A stretch of DNA of 64,000 nucleotides from an uncultured OCS116 cluster bacterium (GCA_902632055.1 CACPAS010000001.1:13434-77433), one strand, 5' to 3'. Positions 17,776 to 27,285 are shown, counted from the stretch's first letter. Numbers and translations: made by a program. The notes: generated by a model from the sequence alone, not told the origin.

Positions 17776-19434
17776 TCAGATATTTTTGCCAATTTCCAAT
17801 GTTGGGCCCAGAACATTTGGTTCAATAACTAACTCAATCAGAGTTGCGTTTTGATTCATTTTTGCTTTTTCAAAGATATTGGCAAACTCTTCTGTTTTCG
17901 TGACACTGCAGGCATCAAGCCCATAAGCATTTGCGAGTGCAACAAAATCAGGATTTAATATATCTGTCCCAATGGTCCTTTTTGGGAAATTTCTTTCCTG
18001 ATGCATCCTAATTGTTCCAAGTTTTTTATTGTTGATAATAATAAATATTGGATTTAGTTTATTCTCAACTGCATTGATAATTTCTTGTCCTAGCATCATA
18101 AAACATCCATCACCATTAAAGCTGATAACAGTCTTCTTTGGATAAACTAACTTGGCTGCTATTGCTGCTGGAACCGCATATCCCATTGATCCCCCGGTTG
18201 TTACGATTTGTGAACCGAGATCTCGATACTGATAAAATCTGTGTACCCATTGTGAATTATTACCTGAACCAACAATAACAATATCATCATCTTCCAGAGT
18301 TTCGTTTAAATAAGCCATCACCTCAGATAGATTGAGGCTTCCGCTCATTGTTGTTGGTTTAATGAAATTCAAGTATTCCTTTCTTGCTAATTTGCACCAC
18401 TTAAGCCATGGTGGATTTTCTATCTTTGGTAGGGATGACAGAGCAAGTGCGAACTCTTGCATACCGCTTGGAATACCTATGTCGGGGCAGTAAACAGAAC
18501 CAATTTCATTTATACCTGGATGAACATGGACAAGATACTGATCTGGATCAGGCACTTTCAGAGTTGAGTATCCTTGGGTCGTTACTTCACCTAGCCGCGC
18601 TCCAAGTGCTAAGATGAAGTCGCTTTCCATAATTCGTTTTCTTGTCTCTTTAGGAATAGCATAACTTGAGTGCCCAATATAATTTTCATTTCGATTATCA
18701 AATCTATCCTGAGCCCTGTATGAAGTTAGCACTGGTATTGAGTTATCATCTACAAATTTTGTTAGATTTTTTACTGCCTGTTTTGTCCAAGTATTTCCAC
18801 CAGCAATAATAATAGGTTTTTTTGCCTTTTTTAGGTTTTCATAGAAATTATCCATTGCGCTTTTTGATGGGCTGGACTGAAATATGTTAGGCGGGGGTGT
18901 TGTTTGGGATAGAGTTTCATCAATTAACATATCCTCTGGAAGTGATAGCACTACTGGACCGGGTCTCCCCGACTGTGATATGTAGAATGCTTTATTTATA
19001 AATTCTGGGATTCTATCGGCATCATTTATCTCAGCAATATATTTTGCCATTGGTTTAAACATTTCTTTATAATCAATCTCCTGCTGAGCTTCACGCTCTC
19101 TCTCACTTCTTGATACTTGCCCAATTAGCAATATAAGTGGTGTCGAGTCTTGAAATGCAGTGTGTATTCCATTTGATGCGTTTGTTGCGCCTGGACCCCT
19201 TGAGACAAGGCAAATACCCGGCTTGTTTGTGAGCTTGGCATATGCATCAGCCATATTTGCTGCACCGGACTCATGTCGGGTTGTTATTAATTTTATTTTT
19301 TCTTTGTGATTGTACAGGCCATCCATTAATCCCAGATAGCTCTCACCCGGAACACAGAATATTGTATCAACCCCATTAACAGATAATTGGTCCGCTAATA
19401 AATGACCACCAATTTTCTTATTATCTTTTGTCAT
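17776..19434 (-). CDS. thiamine-diphosphate-dependent enzyme (acetolactate-synthase large-subunit-like, specificity unknown)
   Basis: 552 aa. Pyr domain with RHESGAANMADAYAK (catalytic Glu), SRGPGATN, and the C-terminal NGDGCFMM...IIINN ThDP motif. Confidence 0.85.
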   Translation of the reverse strand: MTKDNKKIGGHLLADQLSVNGVDTIFCVPGESYLGLMDGLYNHKEKIKLITTRHESGAANMADAYAKLTNKPGICLVSRGPGATNASNGIHTAFQDSTPLILLIGQVSRSEREREAQQEIDYKEMFKPMAKYIAEINDADRIPEFINKAFYISQSGRPGPVVLSLPEDMLIDETLSQTTPPPNIFQSSPSKSAMDNFYENLKKAKKPIIIAGGNTWTKQAVKNLTKFVDDNSIPVLTSYRAQDRFDNRNENYIGHSSYAIPKETRKRIMESDFILALGARLGEVTTQGYSTLKVPDPDQYLVHVHPGINEIGSVYCPDIGIPSGMQEFALALSSLPKIENPPWLKWCKLARKEYLNFIKPTTMSGSLNLSEVMAYLNETLEDDDIVIVGSGNNSQWVHRFYQYRDLGSQIVTTGGSMGYAVPAAIAAKLVYPKKTVISFNGDGCFMMLGQEIINAVENKLNPIFIIINNKKLGTIRMHQERNFPKRTIGTDILNPDFVALANAYGLDACSVTKTEEFANIFEKAKMNQNATLIELVIEPNVLGPTLEIGKNI

Positions 19435-19444
19435 AGAATTCTTA

Positions 19445-20227
19445 TTATACGCTTCTAATTAAACCGCCGTCTACTCTTATGTTACTACCGTTTATATAAC
19501 TTGCTTTGTCACTTACTAAAAAACATAAAACATTGGCAAATTCCTCAGGAGTTCCGTATCTTTTAATTGGTATTTCCTCAGATGATATTGATATTGCCTC
19601 ATCGTATGAAACTCCAAGTGACTTTGCTCTTTGTGTGTTTACCTCTAGGGTGCGCTCGGTGGTAATGCGCCCTGGCATCACTGTATTAACTGTAATACCA
19701 TGCACTGCAATTTGGTTTGAGAGGGTCTTCATGAACCCTGTTATGGCTGGCCGTAAGATATTTGAAGCTGATAAGTTATCGATTGGCTGCACTACACCAG
19801 ATGATGTTATAGTTATTACCCTGCCCCAATTCTTTTCAATCATATTTGGTATAAGGCTATTCGTAATCTTAATGGTATTTAAAACTATAGATTTAATGAA
19901 GTTGTCCAAAATATTATAATCTATGTTAGTTGGACTCGATGTCGGGGGTCCCCCTGTATTATTAATGAGAATATCATATTTTCTATTGTTAATATCCGCT
20001 AATAGTGAGCTGACATCGCGATCTTTTGTTAAATCGGCCACAAAGTAATCTAGACTGACCTTATGCACTTTTAGGATCTGTTCGGATGCGATCTTGAGTT
20101 TCCCTGAGTCCCTTGCAATCAATGTAATATTGCAACCCTCTGCGGCAAGAGAATTTGCTACAGCCCTACCAAGACCTGAAGAAGCACCAAAAATAATTGC
20201 ATTCTTTGATTTTAATCCAAGATCCAT
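19445..20227 (-). CDS. short-chain dehydrogenase/reductase
   Basis: The ORF-track start at 20284 runs into the tRNA. The ATG at 20227 gives MDLGLKSKNAIIFGASSGLGRA (Rossmann motif) and NNTGG. 10 nt upstream of the ThDP enzyme gene. Confidence 0.85.
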   Translation of the reverse strand: MDLGLKSKNAIIFGASSGLGRAVANSLAAEGCNITLIARDSGKLKIASEQILKVHKVSLDYFVADLTKDRDVSSLLADINNRKYDILINNTGGPPTSSPTNIDYNILDNFIKSIVLNTIKITNSLIPNMIEKNWGRVITITSSGVVQPIDNLSASNILRPAITGFMKTLSNQIAVHGITVNTVMPGRITTERTLEVNTQRAKSLGVSYDEAISISSEEIPIKRYGTPEEFANVLCFLVSDKASYINGSNIRVDGGLIRSV

Positions 20228-20242
20228 ATTTATCCTTATGAA

Positions 20243-20327
20243 TGGTGCCCCTGGCCGGACTCGAACCAGCACGCCCGAAAGCAACAGATTTTGAGTCTGT
20301 CGTGTCTACCAATTTCACCACAGGGGC
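20243..20327 (-). tRNA. tRNA-Leu (anticodon CAA), class II, CCA encoded
   Basis: The reverse complement reads GCCCCTGTGGTGAAATTGGTAGACACGACAGACTCAAAATCTGTTGCTTTCGGGCGTGCTGGTTCGAGTCCGGCCAGGGGCACCA. It has a 7-bp acceptor stem, anticodon loop CTCAAAA, a long variable arm and GGTTCGAGTCC in the T-arm. Confidence 0.9.
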
Positions 20328-20349
20328 AAGTTGATTTCTGAGGCTTTAG

Positions 20350-20688
20350 CTAGATAGCTTGCTCATTCGTCTCACCAGTTCTTATTCGAACGGCAGAGTC
20401 AATATCCCACATAAATATCTTACCGTCACCAATTTTTCCAGTATTTGCAGTTTCTGAAATTGTCTCGATAACTTTTTCAGAAATACTCTCTTCACAAACT
20501 ATTTCAATTTTGAATTTTGGAATGTAATTAATTTGATACTCGGCACCTCTATATATTTCTGTATGACCTTTTGTCCTTCCAAAACCTTTTGCCTCAGTAA
20601 CTGTCATACCCATAACACCAACATCGTGTAATGCCGTTCTAACATCTTCAAGTTTATGTGTTTGAATAATTGCCATTATCATTTTCAT
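20350..20688 (-). CDS. glnK: nitrogen regulatory protein P-II
   Basis: 112 aa. T-loop GFGRTKGHTEIYRGAEY with the conserved Tyr. Lies immediately downstream of amtB. Confidence 0.95.
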   Translation of the reverse strand: MKMIMAIIQTHKLEDVRTALHDVGVMGMTVTEAKGFGRTKGHTEIYRGAEYQINYIPKFKIEIVCEESISEKVIETISETANTGKIGDGKIFMWDIDSAVRIRTGETNEQAI

Positions 20689-20706
20689 TTTTATACTCCC
20701 AAAGTA

Positions 20707-21918
20707 TTATAGTTTATAACCTGTTTCACCATGAGCCTTATAGTCGAGACCTTCAATCTCATCCTCATCATCAACTCGAAGTCCTGTCACGGACCTAGCT
20801 ACGCTTACAATTATTACCGTGGCTATCACACACCAAACTGCTGTTGCTAATATTCCTACAACTTGGATTCCAATTTGATCCAAAACAGTTACACCTTCAC
20901 TTAGACCGACACCACCGAAAGCTGGAATAATGAGAACTGCTACAAGTAGAGTGCCTGTTGCACCTCCAACACCATGAACGGCGAAAACATCAAGTGAGTC
21001 ATCAATGTTAAACTTAACCTTAACAAGGTCTACGCAATAATAACAAACAACGCCACCAGCCAGGCCTAAAATAAATCCCCCCATTGGCCCAACAAAACCT
21101 GATGCTGGCGTTATGGTTGCTAAACCTGCGATCGTTCCAGTTACTAGTCCAACCAAACTTGGCTTTCCAAACCTAAACCATTCAATTATCAACCAGACTA
21201 ATGACGCAGTAGCTGCAGAAATGTGTGTAACTAGTAATGCCATTGATGCATCTGAACCCGCTGTTAGTGCGCTACCCGCATTGAATCCAAACCACCCAAT
21301 CCATAGCATGCAGGCGCCAACCATAACCATCCAAGGAGCGTGAGGTGGTTGGACTTGATCTGGATATCCAGATCTACTACCAAGCATTTTTGCAATAATA
21401 AGCGCTGAAACACCTGCTGTGACGTGAACAACAATACCCCCGGCAAAATCGTAAACACCAAGTGCACTCAGCCATCCACCGCCCCATACCCAATGACAAA
21501 CGGGCGCATAGACAAATATAAGCCAGAGTGCTGAAATTAACAGAACAGCGCCAAATTTTATTCGTTCTACATAAGCGCCAACGATCAGAGCTGGAGTTAT
21601 TATTGCAAATGTCATTTGAAATGAGAAAAATAATGATTCTGGAATTGATCCAATCGTAGCATCTCGTGATACACCTGCTAGGAATAATTTTGATAGATCT
21701 CCAACATAAGCACCATCACCCGAGAAGGCCAGTGAATAGGCAACAGCCAACCACGTAACTGACGCAAGACAGCAAATTGCAGCACAGTGCATCAAGACAG
21801 ATAAAATATTTTTGGACCTAACTAAACCCGCATAAAAAAGAGCTAACCCAGGCATTGTCATGAATAAAACAAGTGCGGTCGCAGTCATTATCCAACTAGT
21901 ATCTCCAGAATTAACCAT
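20707..21918 (-). CDS. amtB: ammonium transporter
   Basis: 403 aa, 11-TM Amt family. Has DFAGGIVVH and VHGVGG blocks carrying the twin-His pore residues. Confidence 0.95.
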   Translation of the reverse strand: MVNSGDTSWIMTATALVLFMTMPGLALFYAGLVRSKNILSVLMHCAAICCLASVTWLAVAYSLAFSGDGAYVGDLSKLFLAGVSRDATIGSIPESLFFSFQMTFAIITPALIVGAYVERIKFGAVLLISALWLIFVYAPVCHWVWGGGWLSALGVYDFAGGIVVHVTAGVSALIIAKMLGSRSGYPDQVQPPHAPWMVMVGACMLWIGWFGFNAGSALTAGSDASMALLVTHISAATASLVWLIIEWFRFGKPSLVGLVTGTIAGLATITPASGFVGPMGGFILGLAGGVVCYYCVDLVKVKFNIDDSLDVFAVHGVGGATGTLLVAVLIIPAFGGVGLSEGVTVLDQIGIQVVGILATAVWCVIATVIIVSVARSVTGLRVDDEDEIEGLDYKAHGETGYKL

Positions 21919-22042
21919 AGTATTTCTCCTAATTTACTTGTAGTTGGTGAAGATTATGCATAATTCTTGATTGATAATCAACGAGATTTATCTCATTATG
22001 AGACAAGTCCACTGAGAACACTTATTGCTATGAGAATATTAA

Positions 22043-22612
22043 TTGCTTAATTGGAAAAAAAATATTGAAAAATACACTAATGAAAAGTTAGTGACATTAT
22101 ACATTTCCATATTTTCAATTACTGAGAGTGTTATAAACCCTGTTCCGGTTGAAGTAATTTTAATACCATCCGTAATCAAATTTCGTGAAAAATTTGTAAA
22201 ATTTGCATTCATTGCAGCAATAATGTCCACATTAGGTGCACTCGTTGGATACCTTCTGGGTTTTTATCTGGAAGAATATATGATCCGTCATTTTATTGAT
22301 TTATCAGAGTTTGGCGAGGTATACGGAAGCTATGGGTCATTGATTATACTCATTGGGGCTATTACGCCATTTCCATTTAAACTTGTAACAATTGCAAGTG
22401 GTATTTTCAAAATTAATGTACTTTATCTTATCGTCTATAGCTTTATTGGAAGATACTTTAGATATCAAATTATAACCGCCATGACTTTTGTTGTAGGACC
22501 AAAAATGATTGATATTTTCAATAAAATTGATAAGAGTAAAAAAGTAATTAGTAAGGTTTTGATAATTCTATTGTTTGCGTTGATATTTACACTACTTTAC
22601 TTATTTTTTTAG
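22043..22612 (+). CDS. YqaA-family (DedA-related) membrane protein
   Basis: 189 aa with a TTG start. The N-terminal SITESVINPVPVEVIL block resembles the YqaA SATLLPGNSEVVL region. Confidence 0.6.
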   Translation: MLNWKKNIEKYTNEKLVTLYISIFSITESVINPVPVEVILIPSVIKFREKFVKFAFIAAIMSTLGALVGYLLGFYLEEYMIRHFIDLSEFGEVYGSYGSLIILIGAITPFPFKLVTIASGIFKINVLYLIVYSFIGRYFRYQIITAMTFVVGPKMIDIFNKIDKSKKVISKVLIILLFALIFTLLYLFF

Positions 22613-22622
22613 GCTTTTACAC

Positions 22623-23144
22623 ATGAATATTAGAATATCTATCCCGTCAATCATTGTAATTTATTCTACCCTCGTTATCGCGTCTGCCTACTTCATTGAA
22701 TATGTCTTGGGATATGAGCCATGCGAATTGTGTCTTATCCAAAGATACCCATATTATCTCATTATTTTGTCAAGTATTACCTTATCTGCTCTCAAGTCAG
22801 AAACAATACCCATCACCCTGCCATTATTTATATTCAATAGAGTCTATACCGGGGCCTACGTAGCCATTACAGTTGCAGCTTTAACAGGTTTTTTATTTGC
22901 AACTTATCATTTTGGTGTTGAGAATAATTATTGGCAAAATTTATCTGGATGCTCTGACCAGCTATCAGGTATTGAACTTAACGCGACAAATTTACTTGAG
23001 GATATAAATCAAATAATGCCGAATTGCTCAGACCCTCTAAAGTTTTTTGGTCTATCACTTTCCGGCTATAATGTGATTTCAAATATATTCATACTTGGCT
23101 TGATTATCTTTGATATTAAAAATAATAAAAAAAATAATAATTAA
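22623..23144 (+). CDS. dsbB: disulfide bond formation protein B family
   Basis: 173 aa with 4 TM segments. First Cys pair CELC followed by QRYPYY, and a second periplasmic Cys pair (GCSD...NCSD). Confidence 0.75.
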   Translation: MNIRISIPSIIVIYSTLVIASAYFIEYVLGYEPCELCLIQRYPYYLIILSSITLSALKSETIPITLPLFIFNRVYTGAYVAITVAALTGFLFATYHFGVENNYWQNLSGCSDQLSGIELNATNLLEDINQIMPNCSDPLKFFGLSLSGYNVISNIFILGLIIFDIKNNKKNNN

Positions 23145-23755
23145 CTTATCTGTATATTCTCTAAAAACAAAATGAGGTCATTTAATTCTTCTTGGCTAAT
23201 ACTATGCCCTAAATTAGGATAGGATTTTGCCTGATATATGATGCCAAGTTTATCTAATTGTTGTTTTGTTGTGTAATAAAAATCAATCGGTAAAATATCA
23301 TCCTCTCCTCCATGCATTATAAGAATATTGGGTTGAGTCTCACCCACGTGATTAATATCCTTAACTAATAGACCTGAAAGGCAAATTGTTGCTAGAGGTT
23401 TATCTTTTGTTGTTAACGTCGTCGATAATGCAATCATTCCACCTTGACTAAATCCACAGAGTATTACGTCAGATATTTTCATTTGTCTCTTTTCGGTCTC
23501 GCGTAAAATTATATCTGACATAACCTTTTTGGATACTTTGTTAACCTCACTATTGTAGGAATAGTTGCGATCAGGTGATAATTTAAACCACTGGAAACCA
23601 TATGGGTTTGAGTCGCACACATCAAATGCATCCGGTGCTAAACACTCCAGCTCAAAGTTTGTTATAGTATTCTTTACATAATCACCAATGGGCATTAAAT
23701 CCATTCCATTGGCCCCATAACCATGAAGAAGTATCAATAATTTTTTATCAGACAT
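23141..23755 (-). CDS. alpha/beta hydrolase, phospholipase/carboxylesterase family
   Basis: 204 aa. Nucleophile elbow GFSQGG, later D and H (NLGHSI) in the usual order. Its stop overlaps the dsbB stop by 4 nt. Confidence 0.75.
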   Translation of the reverse strand: MSDKKLLILLHGYGANGMDLMPIGDYVKNTITNFELECLAPDAFDVCDSNPYGFQWFKLSPDRNYSYNSEVNKVSKKVMSDIILRETEKRQMKISDVILCGFSQGGMIALSTTLTTKDKPLATICLSGLLVKDINHVGETQPNILIMHGGEDDILPIDFYYTTKQQLDKLGIIYQAKSYPNLGHSISQEELNDLILFLENIQIS

Positions 23756-23909
23756 GACAATGTCGTTTCCTTAACAAAAAATAGTATCGTTTTACATACA
23801 CTAATCTAAAATATACAATTTATAATAAAATTTTCTATTCAATGTTGGATAAACTTTGAAATTGATGATCTAAGTAATTATATTTGTTACTATTAACAGT
23901 GGTTTCAAA

Positions 23910-24098
23910 ATGTCTCAACTTTTATACATAATAATAACGATTTCAGTTCTTTCTGTGGCTTTAGTCCTTGTCTTGGGTTTAACAAATATGTTAAAGAGAG
24001 GTAGTGCAAACAGATCACAAAAACTGATGAGACTCAGAGTGGTCGCACAATTCGTTGCAGTCATATTAATTATGATATTTTTTTATTTTAATTATTGA
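23910..24098 (+). CDS. twin-transmembrane-helix small protein (HIG1 domain)
   Basis: 62 aa with two TM helices joined by NMLKRGSANRSQKLMRLRV, characteristic of the alphaproteobacterial HIG1-type proteins. Confidence 0.75.
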   Translation: MSQLLYIIITISVLSVALVLVLGLTNMLKRGSANRSQKLMRLRVVAQFVAVILIMIFFYFNY

Positions 24099-24697
24099 GG
24101 AATAAGCAAATTGTAGTCTTAAATAAAATATATACCAAAACTGGGGACGATGGAACAACCGCTCTTGGTAATGGCGAAAGAATCGCTAAGAGCTCAAAAA
24201 GGGTATCTGCATATGGATCTGTGGATGAGTTAAACTCATTTATTGGGCTTGCTAGATCTTACATTGACTCTGATAAATTAGCAGAATTAGATAAAATACT
24301 TGCAACAATCCAAAATGATTTATTTGATCTCGGTGCCGACCTTTGTATACCTGACAGAGATAAAAATCCTGACAGTCTCAAAATAGTCATCAGTTACGTG
24401 AAAAATCTTGAAAAAGAAATCGATGCGTTAAATGGTCAATTAGAGGCCCTAAGATCTTTTATTCTGCCGGGTGGTACAAAAATTTCATCATACATCCATA
24501 TAGCCAGAACAATTGCTAGACGATGTGAAAGGGAAATGATAGAACTTAGGCAAATTGAAGAGTCTGAAATAAGTAAGGAAGCAGTTCAATATATTAATAG
24601 ATTATCTGACTTTCTATTTGTTGCAGCCAGGTATGTAAACTTGAAATTAGATTTTGAGGATATACTATGGGTACCAGGTAATAATTACAAGGAGTAA
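24095..24697 (+). CDS. PduO-type ATP:cob(I)alamin adenosyltransferase
   Basis: 200 aa with a TTG start overlapping the upstream stop. Has the N-terminal IYTKTGDDGTT motif and FILPGG block. Confidence 0.85.
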   Translation: MRNKQIVVLNKIYTKTGDDGTTALGNGERIAKSSKRVSAYGSVDELNSFIGLARSYIDSDKLAELDKILATIQNDLFDLGADLCIPDRDKNPDSLKIVISYVKNLEKEIDALNGQLEALRSFILPGGTKISSYIHIARTIARRCEREMIELRQIEESEISKEAVQYINRLSDFLFVAARYVNLKLDFEDILWVPGNNYKE

Positions 24698-24708
24698 CGG
24701 AGCAAAAT

Positions 24709-25458
24709 ATGAAAATACTCGTACCAGTAAAGAGGGTTGTCGATTACAATGTTAAGATCCGAGTTGATAAAGAAACAAATACGGTTGACTTAGACAATGT
24801 TAAGATGTCTATAAACCCCTTCGATGAAATTGCTGTGGAAGAAGCAATAAGAATGAAAGAAGCCGGAAAATGCGATGAAATAGTTATCGTATCACTTGGT
24901 CCAGAACAATCAAAAGAAACTATTAGGAACGCACTTGCAATGGGAGCTGATAGGGGTATTCATGTTAAAACAGAACATTCCCCTGAGCCACTACTTGTCG
25001 CAAAAATCTTGGCAAAAATAATTGAAAAAGACTCATTTGATTTAATAATACTTGGTAAACAATCTATTGATGACGATTGTAATCAAACTGGTCAAATGCT
25101 CTCAGCACTTTTGGGTTGTTCAATCGGGACATATGCATCGAAAGTTGAAATTGATAATGATGCACTTATCGTAACAAGAGAAATAGATGGCGGTTTACAA
25201 ACCATTAAGCTTGCAAAACCTGCCGTGCTTACGACAGATTTACGTTTAAATGAGCCGAGATATGCCTCATTACCGAACATTATGAAGGCAAAGCAAAAAA
25301 CAATTGATGAAGTTGAACCTGTGGACTTACAGATTGAAATGCAACCTAAAGTTATTACCAAAAAAATAGAGGAACCACCAAAGAGGATAGGAGGTGGTAA
25401 GGTTGAGTCTATTGGGGATCTAGTGGATAAATTAAAAAATGTTTCAGGAGTAATTTAA
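24709..25458 (+). CDS. etfB: electron transfer flavoprotein beta subunit
   Basis: 249 aa. MKILVPVKRVVDYNVKIRV N-terminus and INPFDEIAVEEA block. Confidence 0.95.
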   Translation: MKILVPVKRVVDYNVKIRVDKETNTVDLDNVKMSINPFDEIAVEEAIRMKEAGKCDEIVIVSLGPEQSKETIRNALAMGADRGIHVKTEHSPEPLLVAKILAKIIEKDSFDLIILGKQSIDDDCNQTGQMLSALLGCSIGTYASKVEIDNDALIVTREIDGGLQTIKLAKPAVLTTDLRLNEPRYASLPNIMKAKQKTIDEVEPVDLQIEMQPKVITKKIEEPPKRIGGGKVESIGDLVDKLKNVSGVI

Positions 25459-26402
25459 TGAGTATTTTAGTATTAGCAGAACATAACAATGAAATTCTTA
25501 AAGAGGCAACAAAAAAGGCAATTACCGCAGCCTCGCAAATTGATAAACCTGTACATGTATTAGTTGCCGGAACAGATTGCACAAATGCAGCAAAAGATGC
25601 AGCTTCAACTGAAGGCGTGGAGAAGGTTTTACTTGCAGAGAACACTCAATATAAAAATTTGTTGTCAGAGCCGACATCCGAATTATTGACTGATCTTATG
25701 AGCGAATATGACTACCTAGTGTCTGCGGCAACAACAAATGGAAAAAATATATTGCCAAGAGTTGCGGCAAAATTAGATGTTAGCCAAATATCAGAAATTA
25801 TTAATGTCATCGATAAAAAAACATTCCAAAGACCAATATATGCAGGTAATGCGATAGCTACAGTTGAAAGCTCAACAGATAAAAATGTGATAACAATAAG
25901 AACAACTGCGTTTGAAACTGCAAAAGAAACTAATTCGAATGCCGAAATAAGCGCTGTAGGAATAGAAAAAAATCCTGGCTTGTCTGAATTTATCGAGGAA
26001 AAAGTATCCGGTGGTGAACGGCCGGAATTGACCTCAGCAGGAACGATTGTGTCCGGAGGAAGAGGAATGCAATCTGGAGATAATTTCAAACTACTAGAAT
26101 CAGTTGCTGATAAACTTGGCGCTGCTGTGGGTGCTAGCCGTGCTGCCGTTGATGCAGGTTTTGTACCAAATGAGTATCAGGTGGGACAAACTGGAAAGGT
26201 CGTTGCCCCTGAACTTTATATTGCAGTGGGTATATCGGGAGCCATCCAGCATCTCGCAGGCATGAAAGACTCTAAAGTCATCGTTGCAATTAACAAAGAT
26301 GACGAAGCACCAATATTTGAGGTAGCTGACTATGGTTTAGTTGCTGACTTATTTGATGCAGTTCCTGATCTGGATAAAGAACTCGAAAAAATACAAAAAT
26401 AA
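25458..26402 (+). CDS. etfA: electron transfer flavoprotein alpha subunit
   Basis: 314 aa. FAD-binding C-terminal [19 protein letters not shown] signature. Its start shares a base with the etfB stop. Confidence 0.95.
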   Translation: MSILVLAEHNNEILKEATKKAITAASQIDKPVHVLVAGTDCTNAAKDAASTEGVEKVLLAENTQYKNLLSEPTSELLTDLMSEYDYLVSAATTNGKNILPRVAAKLDVSQISEIINVIDKKTFQRPIYAGNAIATVESSTDKNVITIRTTAFETAKETNSNAEISAVGIEKNPGLSEFIEEKVSGGERPELTSAGTIVSGGRGMQSGDNFKLLESVADKLGAAVGASRAAVDAGFVPNEYQVGQTGKVVAPELYIAVGISGAIQHLAGMKDSKVIVAINKDDEAPIFEVADYGLVADLFDAVPDLDKELEKIQK

Positions 26403-26405
26403 AAA

Positions 26406-27215
26406 ATGATTACTGATGTCGGAATTGCAGGCAGTGGATTAATGGGATCTGCACTCGCAACAATCAACCTGCAGGCAGGCTACAATCTTGTTATTTTCGA
26501 CATGAAAAAAAGCCAACTTTCAAAAACCCAGAGCAAGCTTAATAAAATAACCGATGAATTGTATCAAGGTGCCACTGTAAAATATACAGACGATATATCG
26601 TCCATGAAAAACTGCAATTTAATTATTGAGTGTTTAACTGAAGATGAAAATATAAAGTCAAATTTTTACAAAAAAATAGAGGAAAATTGCACTAAAGAGT
26701 CTATTATTGCAACTAATACATCTTCAATATCAATTAATAGATTAGCGGAGAATCTTCAATTCCCTGCGAGATTTCTTGGGCTTCATTTCATGAATCCGCC
26801 TCAGGTAATTAAGTTTGTGGAAATAATCAATCATGAGAGTCTTGATAAGAGAATACTCGGAGAAATTAAACAATATCTCAGGGTCATGGAAATGATATCA
26901 ATAGAATGCAATGATAAACCCGGTTTTATAGTCAATAGAGTTTTGCTACCAATGATAAACGAGGCTATATACTGCTATGAGAACGGGACATCAGATGCTA
27001 AGTCAATTGATACTGCGCTAAAAGTCGGAGCAAATCACCCAATGGGACCTCTAGAATTAGCAGATTTTATTGGTCTAGATACTTGTTTGTTTATCCTGAA
27101 AGTACTTCAAGAAGATTTTAATGACTTAAAATATAAACCTTGCCCTTTGTTAGAAGAATATGTACGGCTCGGAAAGCTGGGTAAAAAAACAAAGGAAGGA
27201 TTTTATAAATATTAA
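26406..27215 (+). CDS. hbd: 3-hydroxyacyl/3-hydroxybutyryl-CoA dehydrogenase
   Basis: 269 aa. GIAGSGLMG Rossmann motif, NTSSISI and HFMNPP blocks. Follows etfBA as in many alphaproteobacteria. Confidence 0.85.
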   Translation: MITDVGIAGSGLMGSALATINLQAGYNLVIFDMKKSQLSKTQSKLNKITDELYQGATVKYTDDISSMKNCNLIIECLTEDENIKSNFYKKIEENCTKESIIATNTSSISINRLAENLQFPARFLGLHFMNPPQVIKFVEIINHESLDKRILGEIKQYLRVMEMISIECNDKPGFIVNRVLLPMINEAIYCYENGTSDAKSIDTALKVGANHPMGPLELADFIGLDTCLFILKVLQEDFNDLKYKPCPLLEEYVRLGKLGKKTKEGFYKY

Positions 27216-27285
27216 ATAAATTATTATCTTTTTGCTCTCATAATTATTATAATATTTCACAACTTTACTTAGACATGGAAGTATA

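Noticed and set aside
19445-20284. 279-aa version of the SDR ORF with N-terminal extension MLSGVLVRVRPGAPFIRIN
   Set aside because: The extension is the reverse translation of tRNA-Leu (20243-20327). The Rossmann motif begins right after the internal ATG at 20227.
1-20327. Mobile genomic island integrated at tRNA-Leu
   Set aside because: I found no integrase, transposase or conjugation/phage gene and no direct repeat of the tRNA 3' end. The tight operon packing looks native. Kept only as a low-interest boundary observation.
21919-22042. Sigma-54 promoter or glnA-type (glutamine) RNA motif upstream of amtB
   Set aside because: On the coding strand there is no GG-N10-GC arrangement and no CGUUCA...GGAAGUA...AAGGAACG-like core. 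Only a small TCTCA-TAA-TGAGA hairpin and a 5-bp palindrome are present.
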